Shown here one piece after another: positions 48,550-58,988 of a stretch of 64,000 bases of DNA; within the stretch, counting starts at the first letter, position 1; every line of letters starts with the position of its first letter. The stretch comes from Oculina patagonica (lineage: Eukaryota): contig NC_135761.1 of the NCBI RefSeq assembly GCF_052425735.1, forward strand, positions 62,496,001 through 62,560,000, read 5' to 3'. Both the position numbers and the translations under genes were made by a program. The notes below the pieces were generated by a model that saw only the letters and a list, made by a program, of their open reading frames with translations, did no database searches and was not told the origin of the DNA.

Positions 48550-50650
48550 TAGTCTCTTGAAAATGGCATCATGAAGACACCCAAACATCAAGCTGGATAA
48601 TCTTAATCCTTCCTGTTTTCTTTTGATGTCCTTGTCCACATTCTGTTTTTGTGTCTCTGAAACTCATGTTAACCCTGAAAAAAGTCAAATGCCACAGATT
48701 AAATTAAAATTGATTAATTGGCATGAATATCAATAATTTATAAAACAAAACACTTAACGCAAGCTTGTATAAAGTGAAGCAAAACTACTGGATGCGAAAG
48801 GATACCTTATATATTTAACAGAGATGTATCAGCACAGACTATTTTTTTTTTACTGATAACTGCGAAGTCAACTACAGAAAAAAACCCTGGTGATAACTCA
48901 AACTCGGATAACTCGAACAACCTTGCTAACTCGAACTCACTTCCATTTCCCTTGGATTTGACCCCACTTTTCAGTCATTTTTACTCGGTTAACTCGAACT
49001 CGGATAACTCGAAAACCCCGCTAACTCGAACTAAATTTTGTTTCCCTTTAACAAAATTTGGGTCAAACTTTTTACCCTGATAACTCGAATTCCGGAACTT
49101 GCAACTCGCAACGGTTGCCCATTGATTATAGCAATGAACAGATCATGTATTTAACAGTCATTTTCCACTATTAACAAAAGAATGTGTGGTCGCTTTAGAG
49201 TTTCTGGCAAGATAAGTTCAATTTGCACAGTACTGTATACTGAAGTGCTTAAAAATCAGTAAACTATCAATTATTAACTTGGCAAATAAAATATTCAATC
49301 AACCCCGCTAACTCGAAAAACCCCGCTAACTCGAACTCATTTTCGTTTCCCTTCAGAGTTCGAGTTAGCAGGGTTCTACTGTAAATATTTTAATAAACTC
49401 AAAGCATCACTGCAAACCCTTACACCCCCTCTTAATTAAAAGGTTTGGCCTTTAAATACTCCCCCTCCCCTCTACCCCTATATATACATGTACATGCATA
49501 GGAAAAACATTGCCACATCTTAAAAGCTTTTCTCTTAACAGTAATACTAAGATTTTTAAAGATACACATTTAATTAATAATAAGTTTGCATGCACAGCTG
49601 CATACAGTGTCTAAAATGGCATGAATTTACTCACAAAGATTCCAGTTTTCCAGTAGTCATTAACCTTTGTTGTGTGCATTTTCCAAATTACACAACAAGA
49701 TTGTGATTTTTTTATGACAAATATAACATTTACTGTTGACATTCTGAATGAAACCAGCAAAACAGACCTCAAAATCTCAAAATTGTTGACATTGTTATGT
49801 AATCCACATGAACGCTCAATAGTGAACAGAACTACATGACAAGTGGATTATTTAATATATTTGGGAACGAAAGAGCTAAGTAATAAAGCTGAAGTTTATT
49901 TACTCTGACTAAATGAACAGTAATTTTACCTCCATCATGAATATCAATAAACTGCATACACTGAATCGATCTATTTCACTCGGAGTTAACGAAATTCCAG
50001 GTGCTTCGTGCAAACTGACATCACTTTCATTCTCATCTCAGCTGCTCTTCCAGCACTGTAAAACAAAATAATCATATCACAAGCATTTAAAAATCGTAAG
50101 CTTTATTTTCTTCGAGATGTGTTGAAGTAATACTAGTATTCTTTGTGAATTCGTTACTCGAAGGCCCAACAATTATTTGTTTACATAATCAAATCCTCCT
50201 ATTTGATCAGTAAAACCTGGTAAAACTGAATTTTAACGAATAGTATTTTTCAACATTGTTCATGTCACAAGCAAATGCTTAGTGGCGAAAGCAAGTAAAA
50301 TGTGCCGTAAATATAAGCTTACAGCTTTGCGTATAAATGACGGAAACACTGCAGTTTTGTACTCACCTTCACCAGTTGGCCGCAGTAGGTACACTCGTCT
50401 GCTCGTTTTATCTCCGTTCCCTTGTTCTCCGCTATTTCTTTGCCTGTTTTCTCGGCACCTCTCTTGCTATTTTAGTCGCTTTTCTTCGCTACTTTGCTAC
50501 CAGGTTCGACAGGCGCTTTGCTATACTTTTTCGCCTGCTTTCTGTCCGGGTTTTCTGGATCTCTCGCGATCTCTTTCCCGTCGCAAATCGCTTAAACCCT
50601 GTTTCCTCGAAGTTAAGTTTACCCTGCTCTCGTTTGTAGTCATCGGCATA
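48550..50650 (-). pseudogene. Possible degraded spliced gene inside the large TIR element
   Basis: Exon-like segments with good splice sites (donor GTGAGT at ~50365, exon ~50056-49929, acceptor TTTCAG at ~48675), but every frame has stops and no family is recognised. Confidence 0.25.
48875..49381. mobile_element. Tc1/mariner-pogo-type MITE with TAACTCGAA subrepeats
   Basis: TA|CAG...AACCCTG / CAGGGTTCTACTG|TA. Confidence 0.7.
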
Positions 50651-51939
50651 ACAAAGAGCCAAAATAAATATGTTTGTCTCAAGTTCTAACTTTCAGACTA
50701 GCTGAATAGGATTTAAAAATACGTAGTAATTTTGAAAATTTCTTTGCCAATAGACCTCACACTGCAAAATTATTTCGCGCCAGTACTGCGCGAGTTGTCA
50801 AGACCTTTCAAGATCCCGGATGTGCGCAACACCGTACGTACGCCGCCGTACGCGCCCGCGAGTCATGCCGCTAGCCATGATGACCATGAAAACTCGGATG
50901 CATGGTTTCCTATTTTTTTTCATGTTTTTTTTTTTTTTTTTTCATGTGTTTTTTTTATGGGTATGGTGCTCCGCTCTGCGGCCCTTACGGGCCGCTAAGG
51001 AGCTCCGCTAAAAAAAAGCTCATTCTGACAGCCTCTTCGGAGCCACAATTAAATTAAATGCCATATAGAGGATTTTTCAATGCAAAAAACGCAATTGCAG
51101 CGAATTCCTGATTGTATTTGCATTTGAAGAAAATGGCCGACAGAAATTTGTCATTGGATTGCTCAAAGATAAGAAAAGAAAGAAACAAAGTGTTTGAAAA
51201 GATTAAAAAACGGACTGTTAAGAAATAAAAATTCTTATCTTTTAATTTATCTTTACTCATTATCACGCGCCGCTTTGTCGCGCCAGTTCGTCTAGACTAA
51301 AACTAAATAAAACTTTTCTCGTGGGAATCACGTCCTCACGGCTCACCGTCACGTAATAAAATGTTTTTCGACATTTTAAATCAAACTAGTTTTATAACTA
51401 CTTTGATTAGTACTTAAAGTTTATTTCATCAATACAAGTCATGATTTGCGTTACGACCACAGCATGATTTGTGAGAGTTTCAAAGCATATTGACTTTCTC
51501 CCGGTGATCGAGAAGTGAGTTATCGCCGGGAACACTTTCCGAGATTTATTCCAGCCCCCCAAATCGCGGAGCGGTGGTAATCAATCGCGCCGCGATCGCA
51601 CTCATCACGCCGCGATCGCGACTATCGCGGCAATCGCACGCCGCGATCGCGACTATCGCGGCAATCGTGGCGCGATCGCAACTATCGCGGCGCGTTCGCG
51701 TTCATTTACAATCGCGTCACGCACGATCGCGTCGCGATGACAACAAATCGCGGCGCGATCGCGTCAGTCGCGGCGCGATCGCGACATTCGCGGCGCGATC
51801 GCGGTTAAATTTTTACAAGGTTTATTTCTGTACATTGTAAAAAAGAAAAGTGTATTTACATAGCAAAAAATTGATAGTAAAAAATAACGCAACATATTAT
51901 CTTGAAAGTAAACCCACTTCTAATTGACAATAATTATTT

Positions 51940-52141
51940 CGCCAGTAGTTTAAATGGACACACACTAGGTCCCGATGAACCGTAAGCTTTACCTTTAATG
52001 TAAGCGAAATCTACTCGTAACGAGAACTAGATACAATCAAGATGGCGGACGCCAAGGAACAGCACGCGCGGGCTTTTATACCACAATAAACGCCGCTGGC
52101 CGACTACAGCGAAATGCCGCTGAACAACTAGCCTACTGGCG
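51940..52141 (-). mobile_element. Putative 3' LTR of the Gypsy-like element
   Basis: Preceded on the minus strand by a polypurine tract AGAAGGAAAGAAGAAG (~52160-52145). Bounded by the inverted repeat CGCCAGTAG/CTACTGGCG; contains TATAAAA and ATTAAA. Confidence 0.65.
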
Positions 52142-52339
52142 TGGCTTCTTCTTTCCTTCTAAAATAAATAATCATGCAAACAAAGAAACTCTAGTCTAGG
52201 TGACGAGTTGATATGAAATACACACACAGAGAAATTACTACTGACTGAAGGACAGACTCTGAGCTACGAGTTAGACAAGAAAACAAACTTAATCAGTGAA
52301 TTGACCAGCTAAATGTCTAAATGTCTAGAATCGTCCGAG

Positions 52340-53883
52340 CTACTTTAATTCGACTACATAGTCTTGAAGATGCTGCGGGAGACGCCGCCGCCGGGTAGGG
52401 CGCTTGTTCACCGCAGGGCTAACAATTGGAGAGAGGGCAGGGATAACCTCGACGTCATCTGGCGAGCCGGGTTGGCTATCCTCATCATAACTCGGGACAT
52501 CTTCTGGTGGTACAGAAGCGGAAGGTGGAGACGATATCTCGATAGGGATCCCTGGGGCAGGCGGAGGTAACGGTTGACTTTCTGGGGGAGGTTCCTCGTC
52601 AATAGGAAGTCCACGACCATCAGCGGGTAAGCCCTGGTCGACACCAACAACGTCAGGATCGCAGTCGCTGGAGTCTTCGTCGTTGAGGTACCTGGGCGTG
52701 TGTACACTGAAGGGGGCGACCTTATAGCACTCATTCTTCTTCACGCGGTACGAAACGTTTCGTAGCTGTGAGCCAACGAACTTGCGAACATTACACCACT
52801 CACGGTCAACTGAGACAACGAGGTAACGGTCACGACTTTGGGACTTGTTACGGTCACAGTAGAGGTAAACTAAGTCACCAACAGATATTGAAGGAGAGCT
52901 ACGCGAGACACCACGGGGGGCTTTCGACGTTTCACTGTGAGGATGGTTTTCCAGTCTTTGCAGATGTTGCTCGCGTATTAGCGCCTGATCTGTTAGGGGA
53001 ATCTGAGAGTTGGTAAACTGGTCTCGTTGAGTCCACATTTCTCTAGCAGATAGGCCGCGGGAGCGGATTCTTGAGTTCAGGTTGGCAGTGGCTACGGACA
53101 GAGTCCTAGGAGAGACAGGACCACCTTCCGGTTGCAACCGCAGGAGCTCGTGTTCCAACTCTTGGATTGCTTTTTCAGCGACTGGATTCTTGTTCTGATT
53201 TTTCACCCGACCAATCTCAAGGCTAATCTTGTGTTGCAATAGAAGCTGGTCACTCACAAGGGCTCTGAAGGCGGGAGCTGGATCACACCGAATGACAGCG
53301 TTAGGTCCATCAAGGGGTCGCAAGCCGACGCATAATTGGATTAACCCATCACGTAAGGTCCCATGCTTCTCGTCTACCACGAGGAGGGTTGAAGTATAGG
53401 AAGTGACGCACTCTCGGAGTACCAAAATAAGTTGGCGAGACTGCTTCAGGATATCGGCTGCGAAAGATACACCCACTGCTGCCGGAGGGTCAGAAGTTGA
53501 CTGTTCTATAACAGCGTGCGGGGCGTGGCGAAGTGCAGCGCATGAATGACAACCAAGGGAAACACGCTCTATTGCCTTGTCCAGGTCAAGGGCGAAGAAG
53601 TAGCGGCTGACAACCTTCTTGAGTTGGAGACTTGATGGGTGAGACAACCTGAGGTGCAAGGCTGTCAGTAAACCATCTAAGACCTGTCTGGGCACTATGA
53701 TACAATCCCGCGAAGGAGCCAAAGGCTCAGTCTTTTTCACGACTAAGAGGCCATCACTGGAGATAGAAGCTACTGACAAGTACCTTTTTACGTCCTTAAT
53801 GTTAGTCAGCTTCTTGGAAGGACGAGTCCCTTGTATTAGGTGAGCATGTGTTCGACGTAAGTCCGCGCACTCAGATTGGATAG
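52340..53883 (-). CDS. Ty3/Gypsy-like pol, integrase portion (disrupted element)
   Basis: HHCC zinc finger (HLRLSH...CHSC), DDE core (FAADI, IRCDP, NPVAEKAI), SH3-like VGDLVY region and a typical C-terminal RPTRRRRLPQHLQDY. The ORF-track start at 53932 lies inside the inserted LTR. Confidence 0.85.
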
Positions 53884-54921
53884 TGTCACGGTATAAACTC
53901 GGCCCTTGTGATTCGAATATTAGAAAACACATCGAAACTCGGAAAATGGTAATTGTAAAATATATTTAACCTTACGATGTCATCTGTTGATTTAGCTTTG
54001 ACCATAAGCAAGATTCATTACAACTTATTTACCTTCCTTATGTGAATTTCCGATCTATTAGTGATCTTATCGTAAATCAGTTTCGCTCATCCGCAATCTA
54101 CTAGGAATTGCAAACTAAGCAAAAACCTTAGCAATAAGCTCTGTTGTTTGCACAACAGAGCACTCGAATATAAATCAAGCACGTACTATAAGGAAAGTCT
54201 TGCAGAGGTCATTGTAAATAGAGAATCATCAATATAATTATACAACTTAAGATAAAAATGAACTTCTTATTGATCTTTAATGCAGTTTCTCGTTGTATTT
54301 CGCTTTATGTCAGTAATCTAATTATATTCAGACTTCTGTAAAATGCAAGGTTAGCATATTACAAGTAACACTATTATTTGCCTTTATCTTAAGCAATATC
54401 CTGAAACTTATTTTGAACGGAAGATTTAAGTGTTAAGCAATTTCCTTCCTAGAGATCGACATTGATAAACTCAATGTAGTTTTTTATTTAGCCTTGAACT
54501 TGTATTTTCACCTGTCATTATTATCACACTTTAAACATATATAAGAAGCCCTTTTCTGTACGACATTTGAATTACCTTGGAATTACCTTTGAATTACCTT
54601 CGAATTACCTCAAGCTACCACCGAGCTACCATTGAGTTACCTACAGCTGTCAAGAGTTGTTTAGTCCAGATGCAATAAAGAAGATAGAAGAAGTTCCTAA
54701 ACCTTGAGTGTCTTACTGCCGCTGAAATGCTGTCCGACTGATCTAGAAGCTAACGACCCTGTACCTCTGGCATTGAGTAACGAGTGCCGTGCAGCGAGCC
54801 TGTGCTCTACCTAGCTTTCTCCCCCGTTCAAGCCGTCCAAACCGTCCGTTAAACAGCGCCCCAGCTGGTTATCCGTTCCCGTGCATTTAGTGCACTTTAG
54901 AGCCAAAAACCTATCGTTACA
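53884..54921 (+). mobile_element. Solo LTR (~1.04 kb) inserted into the Gypsy pol
   Basis: Termini TGTCACG...CGTTACA, flanking duplication (A)TAG, TATATAA ~54538, AATAAA ~54674. Removing it rejoins pol as ...NTWLSIQSEC... Confidence 0.8.
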
Positions 54922-56000
54922 TAGACAGCCAAGTATTTCGACTTGTGAAAGGAAGGTTTTTCTGACCAGATAAGACATCCTGGGCAGATAGGTGTCGAAC
55001 GACAGACTCCTCAGCTTGGGTGATGAACTTGCACACCTGACAAGAGGGATCAGAGCAGTCCGGTGCATTGCGGCTTGCAAAGTCAGAAGGTAAAATTGCA
55101 GCACCAGCAACATGCCTCACGTTGGCTTGGAAGCGGCTGACAGTAGACAAATAGGTCGACACTCGTGGGCTAGCAGAAAACTCTCCCCTGCACATTTTCT
55201 CGAAGGCCTGGACACAAGGCTTACTGTCGGTGAGCACACAAGCCTTGTGCTTGGATTGTATTATGTACGGACTGAAGTGTTTTATAGCAACCCCAATTGC
55301 AAGAGCTTCAACTTCACACGGTAGCCAAGACACTTGATGAGCACGCAATTTGGCACTAAAGAACCCAGCGAGGGCTAGGTTGTCACCCCTCGAGATGTAG
55401 AGAGTGGCAGCGATTCCGGGTCTCTTGACAGCAGCGTCTGTCACAATCCATAATTGGTCATCGGGCTTTGGAAGAGTGATTGTGCGGCTGGACGCAAGGG
55501 AAGCTTGGGCAGACTTGAAGGCCTCAGTAAGATGTACGGACCACACGATGTCATCCTGAGACTGTTTCCCAGCTACGGCCTCGTCAAGGGGGGCTAATAG
55601 AGAAGAACAATGTGGAACAACACGAGCAAGGACCTTGAAAGCACCAATGAAGGACTTCATGCCACTAACTTTACTGGGAGCTAGGACTGCAGGAGGACAG
55701 GGTTGAGACGCGATGAGGGTTGGCGCGAAGAGTGCCTTGGGACCAAGTCCAACCCAGGATAGAAGTAGTTTTTGGATTGATGATGGTCTTCGACGCCGAG
55801 AGGCGTAGGCTAGCTTTATGAAGAGCTTGGAGAACAGAAGCCCAATTTCGGAGTAACTCGTCTGGGCTGTTGCCCCCACAGTACAGATCATCTGCTATCT
55901 TGGCAACGATACAAGCCTGGAGGAGGTCACCCAAGACGCGACACATGAGCTCTTCCAGTGCGGTTTCTGAGCCAGGTATACCCATGGCCGACCGGGCATG
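54922..56000 (-). pseudogene. Ty3/Gypsy-like pol, 5'-truncated RT / RNase H portion with a frameshift
   Basis: AMGIPGSETALEELM, KIADDLYCGG, ILGW primer grip, LWIVTDAA, WLPCEVEAL, LTDSKP, SDFASR. Frameshift near 55680, consistent with a 4-nt AGCT insertion. Confidence 0.85.
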
Positions 56001-56134
56001 GGATCTCGGTATACCTAGGCGTTTAGTGTTTCCACACACATTGTTAACTAAAAACACTGGTATAGCTTGATTGTCGAGTTATCAAACAATAGTCCAAATA
56101 GAGTGGCCGTTGTCGTCGCCGTGTCGTCTTTTTT

Positions 56135-56734
56135 TCAGTCCTCTTCTTCTTGGTCTTCGTCATACTCCAATTTTCGTCTCAACTTTTTGCCTTTGGCCCA
56201 ATCTTCCCAACCGGGTAATGGTTTCAGTTTCTCGGCTTCCGTTTTTCGCACAGCTGGCTTTTTCCTCGTCTTTAGTTTCTCTTCTAAACTCTTGAATCTC
56301 TCTGCCAATGTCGGTTTGCCCGCAGGTGCCGTTTTTGCTTTCTTTGTCGCCTTCGGAGTGACTGTGGGAGGTGATTTCTTGGCACTCCCTTTTATGAGTT
56401 GTTTCAACATGGTCTCCACGGGTCCCGTCACCAAACCTACATTCTCCAACTCCTCCTCCTCCTCCTCCGCTTCTTCGCCCGGCCGTCTGGCTGTTACTCC
56501 TCCCATGGGAAATTGACGTATCCGTTTGGTCAAACGAGCCCGTTCGCGAGCGAGAGGTTTCACTCGTGCCACGGCGATACCATCGGGAACGGATTTATCT
56601 TTTAACAGCAAGTGACTTTCGGCTGCTATGCGAGCCGCTTTGTTCAACAATGCATTGTCCGTGATTTCGCCTTTGTAATATTGCACCAAACGATTCAAGT
56701 CTTTAGCGGGAACCATCACGACTTCCTCGGTCAT
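56135..56734 (-). CDS. Viral hypothetical protein, 199 aa, Lys-rich with acidic tracts
   Basis: Intact ATG ORF overlapping the upstream gene; last gene of the viral run. Confidence 0.7.
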   Translation of the reverse strand: MTEEVVMVPAKDLNRLVQYYKGEITDNALLNKAARIAAESHLLLKDKSVPDGIAVARVKPLARERARLTKRIRQFPMGGVTARRPGEEAEEEEEELENVGLVTGPVETMLKQLIKGSAKKSPPTVTPKATKKAKTAPAGKPTLAERFKSLEEKLKTRKKPAVRKTEAEKLKPLPGWEDWAKGKKLRRKLEYDEDQEEED

Positions 56735-57065
56735 CTTTGAAGTATTCTTCCAACAAGCTTTCGTAACACCCTTGCCAGTAACGAACTTCCTCTTCTAACT
56801 TGGCTATGCGCCTTTTCAAGTCGCTTCTCGATGTACACTTGTCGCTACACTCCTTGCACAGTACTAGGGTCTTTCCTTCCGGAGTCTCTTGCCTCTCACG
56901 AATGCAATCTTCGCACTCTGCGTCGTATTTTAAAGCCAAATAGTCATGATTGACGCGGGCGTAGGCTTCGTGCCAATGGTCTGCTCTTTTTTCCCACTCT
57001 GCTTCTCTGTCCGCCGATTCGTGTAACATTTTCATCATTGTCTGGAGGGTGTTTTGCAGAGACAT
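56703..57065 (-). CDS. Viral hypothetical coiled-coil protein with CxxC...CxxC
   Basis: CEDC and CKEC between heptad-like segments. Start at 57065 or 57038 (ATGA overlap with the upstream stop). Confidence 0.65.
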   Translation of the reverse strand: MSLQNTLQTMMKMLHESADREAEWEKRADHWHEAYARVNHDYLALKYDAECEDCIRERQETPEGKTLVLCKECSDKCTSRSDLKRRIAKLEEEVRYWQGCYESLLEEYFKDDRGSRDGSR

Positions 57066-57370
57066 GCTTGGTAGATCTGTTGCAGTCCTTTCCAAAACCC
57101 GCTACCCTTCTGTGACAGGAGACCTTCTCGCCTTCTCTTCAACGAGTTTCTGCGCTTACCCAGTTCGCGCAAGACTTTCTTATATCGTCGCAGCTTGGCG
57201 GTGATCGGTGGACTGAGCGGAATGCGGTTCTTGAGCAAATTCAATACCATCTCACTCACGGCGTTGATCTGATCGGCGTTGGCGTGCTGTAACATCTCTT
57301 CTCGCTTGAACCGATTGGCTTCTCTCAGAATGCTCCCCAAGAACGGACGCTGTCGACGTAATCGATTCAT
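57035..57370 (-). CDS. Basic viral protein of a type commonly seen in Polintons (putative core protein)
   Basis: LQHANADQINAVSEMVLNLLKNRIPL...LLSQKGSGFW; ATG overlaps the upstream TGA. Confidence 0.7.
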   Translation of the reverse strand: MNRLRRQRPFLGSILREANRFKREEMLQHANADQINAVSEMVLNLLKNRIPLSPPITAKLRRYKKVLRELGKRRNSLKRRREGLLSQKGSGFWKGLQQIYQACLCKTPSRQ

Positions 57371-57570
57371 ACTTCCCACGGGGCTGGACGTCGGTTGTAA
57401 CTACCGGTGACGCCCTTTGCCCCCATTCTCTTATAGCGTTTGTCCTTTCCCAATTTATAACCCAACTTGCCGGCAAACTTGAGTATGTCCAATAAACCCT
57501 CTCCTCTCCACACGGGGCCTCTTTTAGGTTGTTTTCGTCTTCTCCTTACTATCTTTCTTCCTCGCACCAT
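57367..57570 (-). CDS. Small Arg/Lys-rich putative core protein
   Basis: Basic N-terminus, WRGEG motif, amphipathic LLDILKFAGKLGYKLG. Confidence 0.65.
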   Translation of the reverse strand: MVRGRKIVRRRRKQPKRGPVWRGEGLLDILKFAGKLGYKLGKDKRYKRMGAKGVTGSYNRRPAPWEV

Positions 57571-57638
57571 CTTGTCGCAGAATGCAGTCTGTTGTAACTA
57601 CCGGTGACGCCCAATGCCCCCATCCTCTTATAGTGTTT

Positions 57639-57845
57639 TTATCTCTTTTTCTTTCGAGTGGCTGCATCCAAGGCTTTCTTTGCACCCCAACCTGCAGCAC
57701 CCGATGCAGCACCCAAAGCGATTGCTTTTCCACCCGCGATCAAAGCTGGTATCAAGGCTGCTAAGGGTAAAATACCACCCTTCTGTCCTATTCTTCTCCT
57801 GCCAGCACGTCTCCGCCTTTGCGTCACACGTTTCTTTCTCCTCAT
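57639..57845 (-). CDS. Adenovirus pX/Mu-like core protein precursor
   Basis: RRRRAGRRRIGQKGG-ILPLAALIPALIAGG resembles adenoviral pX (Arg-rich, then xxGG-ILPLLIPLIAAAIG, recalled from memory). Confidence 0.72.
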   Translation of the reverse strand: MRRKKRVTQRRRRAGRRRIGQKGGILPLAALIPALIAGGKAIALGAASGAAGWGAKKALDAATRKKKR

Positions 57846-57849
57846 GGTC

Positions 57850-58071
57850 CTATCGTCGTCGCGGTCTACGTCTATAATGATTTACATTATCCATTATCCC
57901 TTTAAATCCTTGACTGGCCAATTTACCACCCAACGTGAAGAATGTGGGTGAAGGACCCGAGAGAAACATGCTGGCCCCCTCGGCTATCTTGTCCACCAAA
58001 CGATGTTTACGTCTCGCGAGAGCTCCACCTCGCTGCCTCCTTCTTCTGGCCTTACGTTTCGTTCTTCCCAT
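57850..58071 (-). CDS. Small Arg-rich putative core protein
   Basis: MGRTKRKARRRRQRGG-AL...; basic at both ends; packed between its neighbours. Confidence 0.65.
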   Translation of the reverse strand: MGRTKRKARRRRQRGGALARRKHRLVDKIAEGASMFLSGPSPTFFTLGGKLASQGFKGIMDNVNHYRRRPRRR

Positions 58072-58089
58072 CCTACCATAACTGTCACT

Positions 58090-58584
58090 TCAGACGGGGG
58101 TACCTTCGGATTTATCGTGTTGTCGTTCGTACGCTTGCACGTACTTGTCGGCCACGGGCGGCGTGAAATCGGTGATCGTGTCATCTAGAGTTTGCATCTT
58201 GATCAAGAATCCTTCTAGTTCGTCCATCGGAAGACCGCGCGCGTACGTTCTCAATTCGATCAACGTCTTGTCGTAGCTGGTGTAGGCAAAACGACATACG
58301 TCCACTTTGAACGAATATTTCTTGAAATCGTTCCAGCCCTTGACCACAGTCCCAGCTGAAGTTAGGCATGCCACAATAACACTATTTTCTGTAAGGGAAC
58401 CCGCAATGATACCCGCTGCCACGATGAATAAAGCCAAAGCATTCAATGAAGCATGACACCACTTAAAATGGTAAAACATTTGACGATGACACCACCACTT
58501 TTTGTGGTAAAAGGTATACAATCCGTCCAATCTGTGTAACAGGTCTGGATCCAAGTTCGTCTTTGACCCGTTTAGTAGGGACAT
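58090..58584 (-). CDS. Viral two-TM-helix membrane protein, 164 aa
   Basis: Hydrophobic hairpin LNALALFIVAAGIIAGSL / VIVACLTSAGTVV flanked by helical segments. Confidence 0.7.
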   Translation of the reverse strand: MSLLNGSKTNLDPDLLHRLDGLYTFYHKKWWCHRQMFYHFKWCHASLNALALFIVAAGIIAGSLTENSVIVACLTSAGTVVKGWNDFKKYSFKVDVCRFAYTSYDKTLIELRTYARGLPMDELEGFLIKMQTLDDTITDFTPPVADKYVQAYERQHDKSEGTPV

Positions 58585-58586
58585 CT

Positions 58587-58988
58587 TTAATGGCTCACTC
58601 TCGTCGAGGTACGACGAACGGTCGGTCGTCCCCCGTCTTTATAGGTCGTAGTGATGGTGTTTGTCGTGGTGATGCCTGCGATGCGACGTCCAGCCGCCAC
58701 TTGACGTTGATCGTTGAACAGCATTTGCAATTGACGTTGCATGTCGTCTTGATTCAATCGGTGTGGACCACCCGTTAGCGTTCCTTGACCTGCAGGTACG
58801 TTGGACCTCGAGGAAGAAGGTCTCAAAGTCCCCGTACCCACTGCAGGAGACGGTAATTGATCCAAGTACCGTCTTAGGACTATGGGGTCGACTCGATCCA
58901 ATGTCTGTTCCAATCCCCCTCGGTTGACGTTGACGATCGGAATGGCACTAGGACTGGTTCCTACTCCTGCTGGCGAATGTCTTGACAT
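58587..58988 (-). CDS. Viral hypothetical protein, 133 aa
   Basis: Intact ATG ORF tiling exactly between its neighbours; Thr-rich C-terminus. Confidence 0.6.
   Translation of the reverse strand: MSRHSPAGVGTSPSAIPIVNVNRGGLEQTLDRVDPIVLRRYLDQLPSPAVGTGTLRPSSSRSNVPAGQGTLTGGPHRLNQDDMQRQLQMLFNDQRQVAAGRRIAGITTTNTITTTYKDGGRPTVRRTSTRVSH

Larger units (their letters stand above)
41496..51820. mobile_element. ~10.3-kb degraded TIR DNA transposon with subterminal repeat arrays (EnSpm/CACTA-like organisation)
   Basis: Left AAATTTTACCGCGATCGCGCCGCGAAT is the reverse complement (1 mismatch) of right ATTCGCGGCGCGATCGCGGTTAAATTT. ATCGCGCCGCG arrays at 41506-41710 and 51563-51805. No recognisable transposase. 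Confidence 0.6.

Noticed and set aside
51940-51955. AGTAGT as the Polinton terminus
   Set aside because: It pairs with CTACT 200 bp away next to the Gypsy polypurine tract, so it fits the LTR end better; no long TIR partner is visible.
52340-56000. Retrovirus-like element with env or a second RNase H
   Set aside because: A single RNase H leads directly to integrase, and only ~180 bp separate the integrase stop from the polypurine tract.
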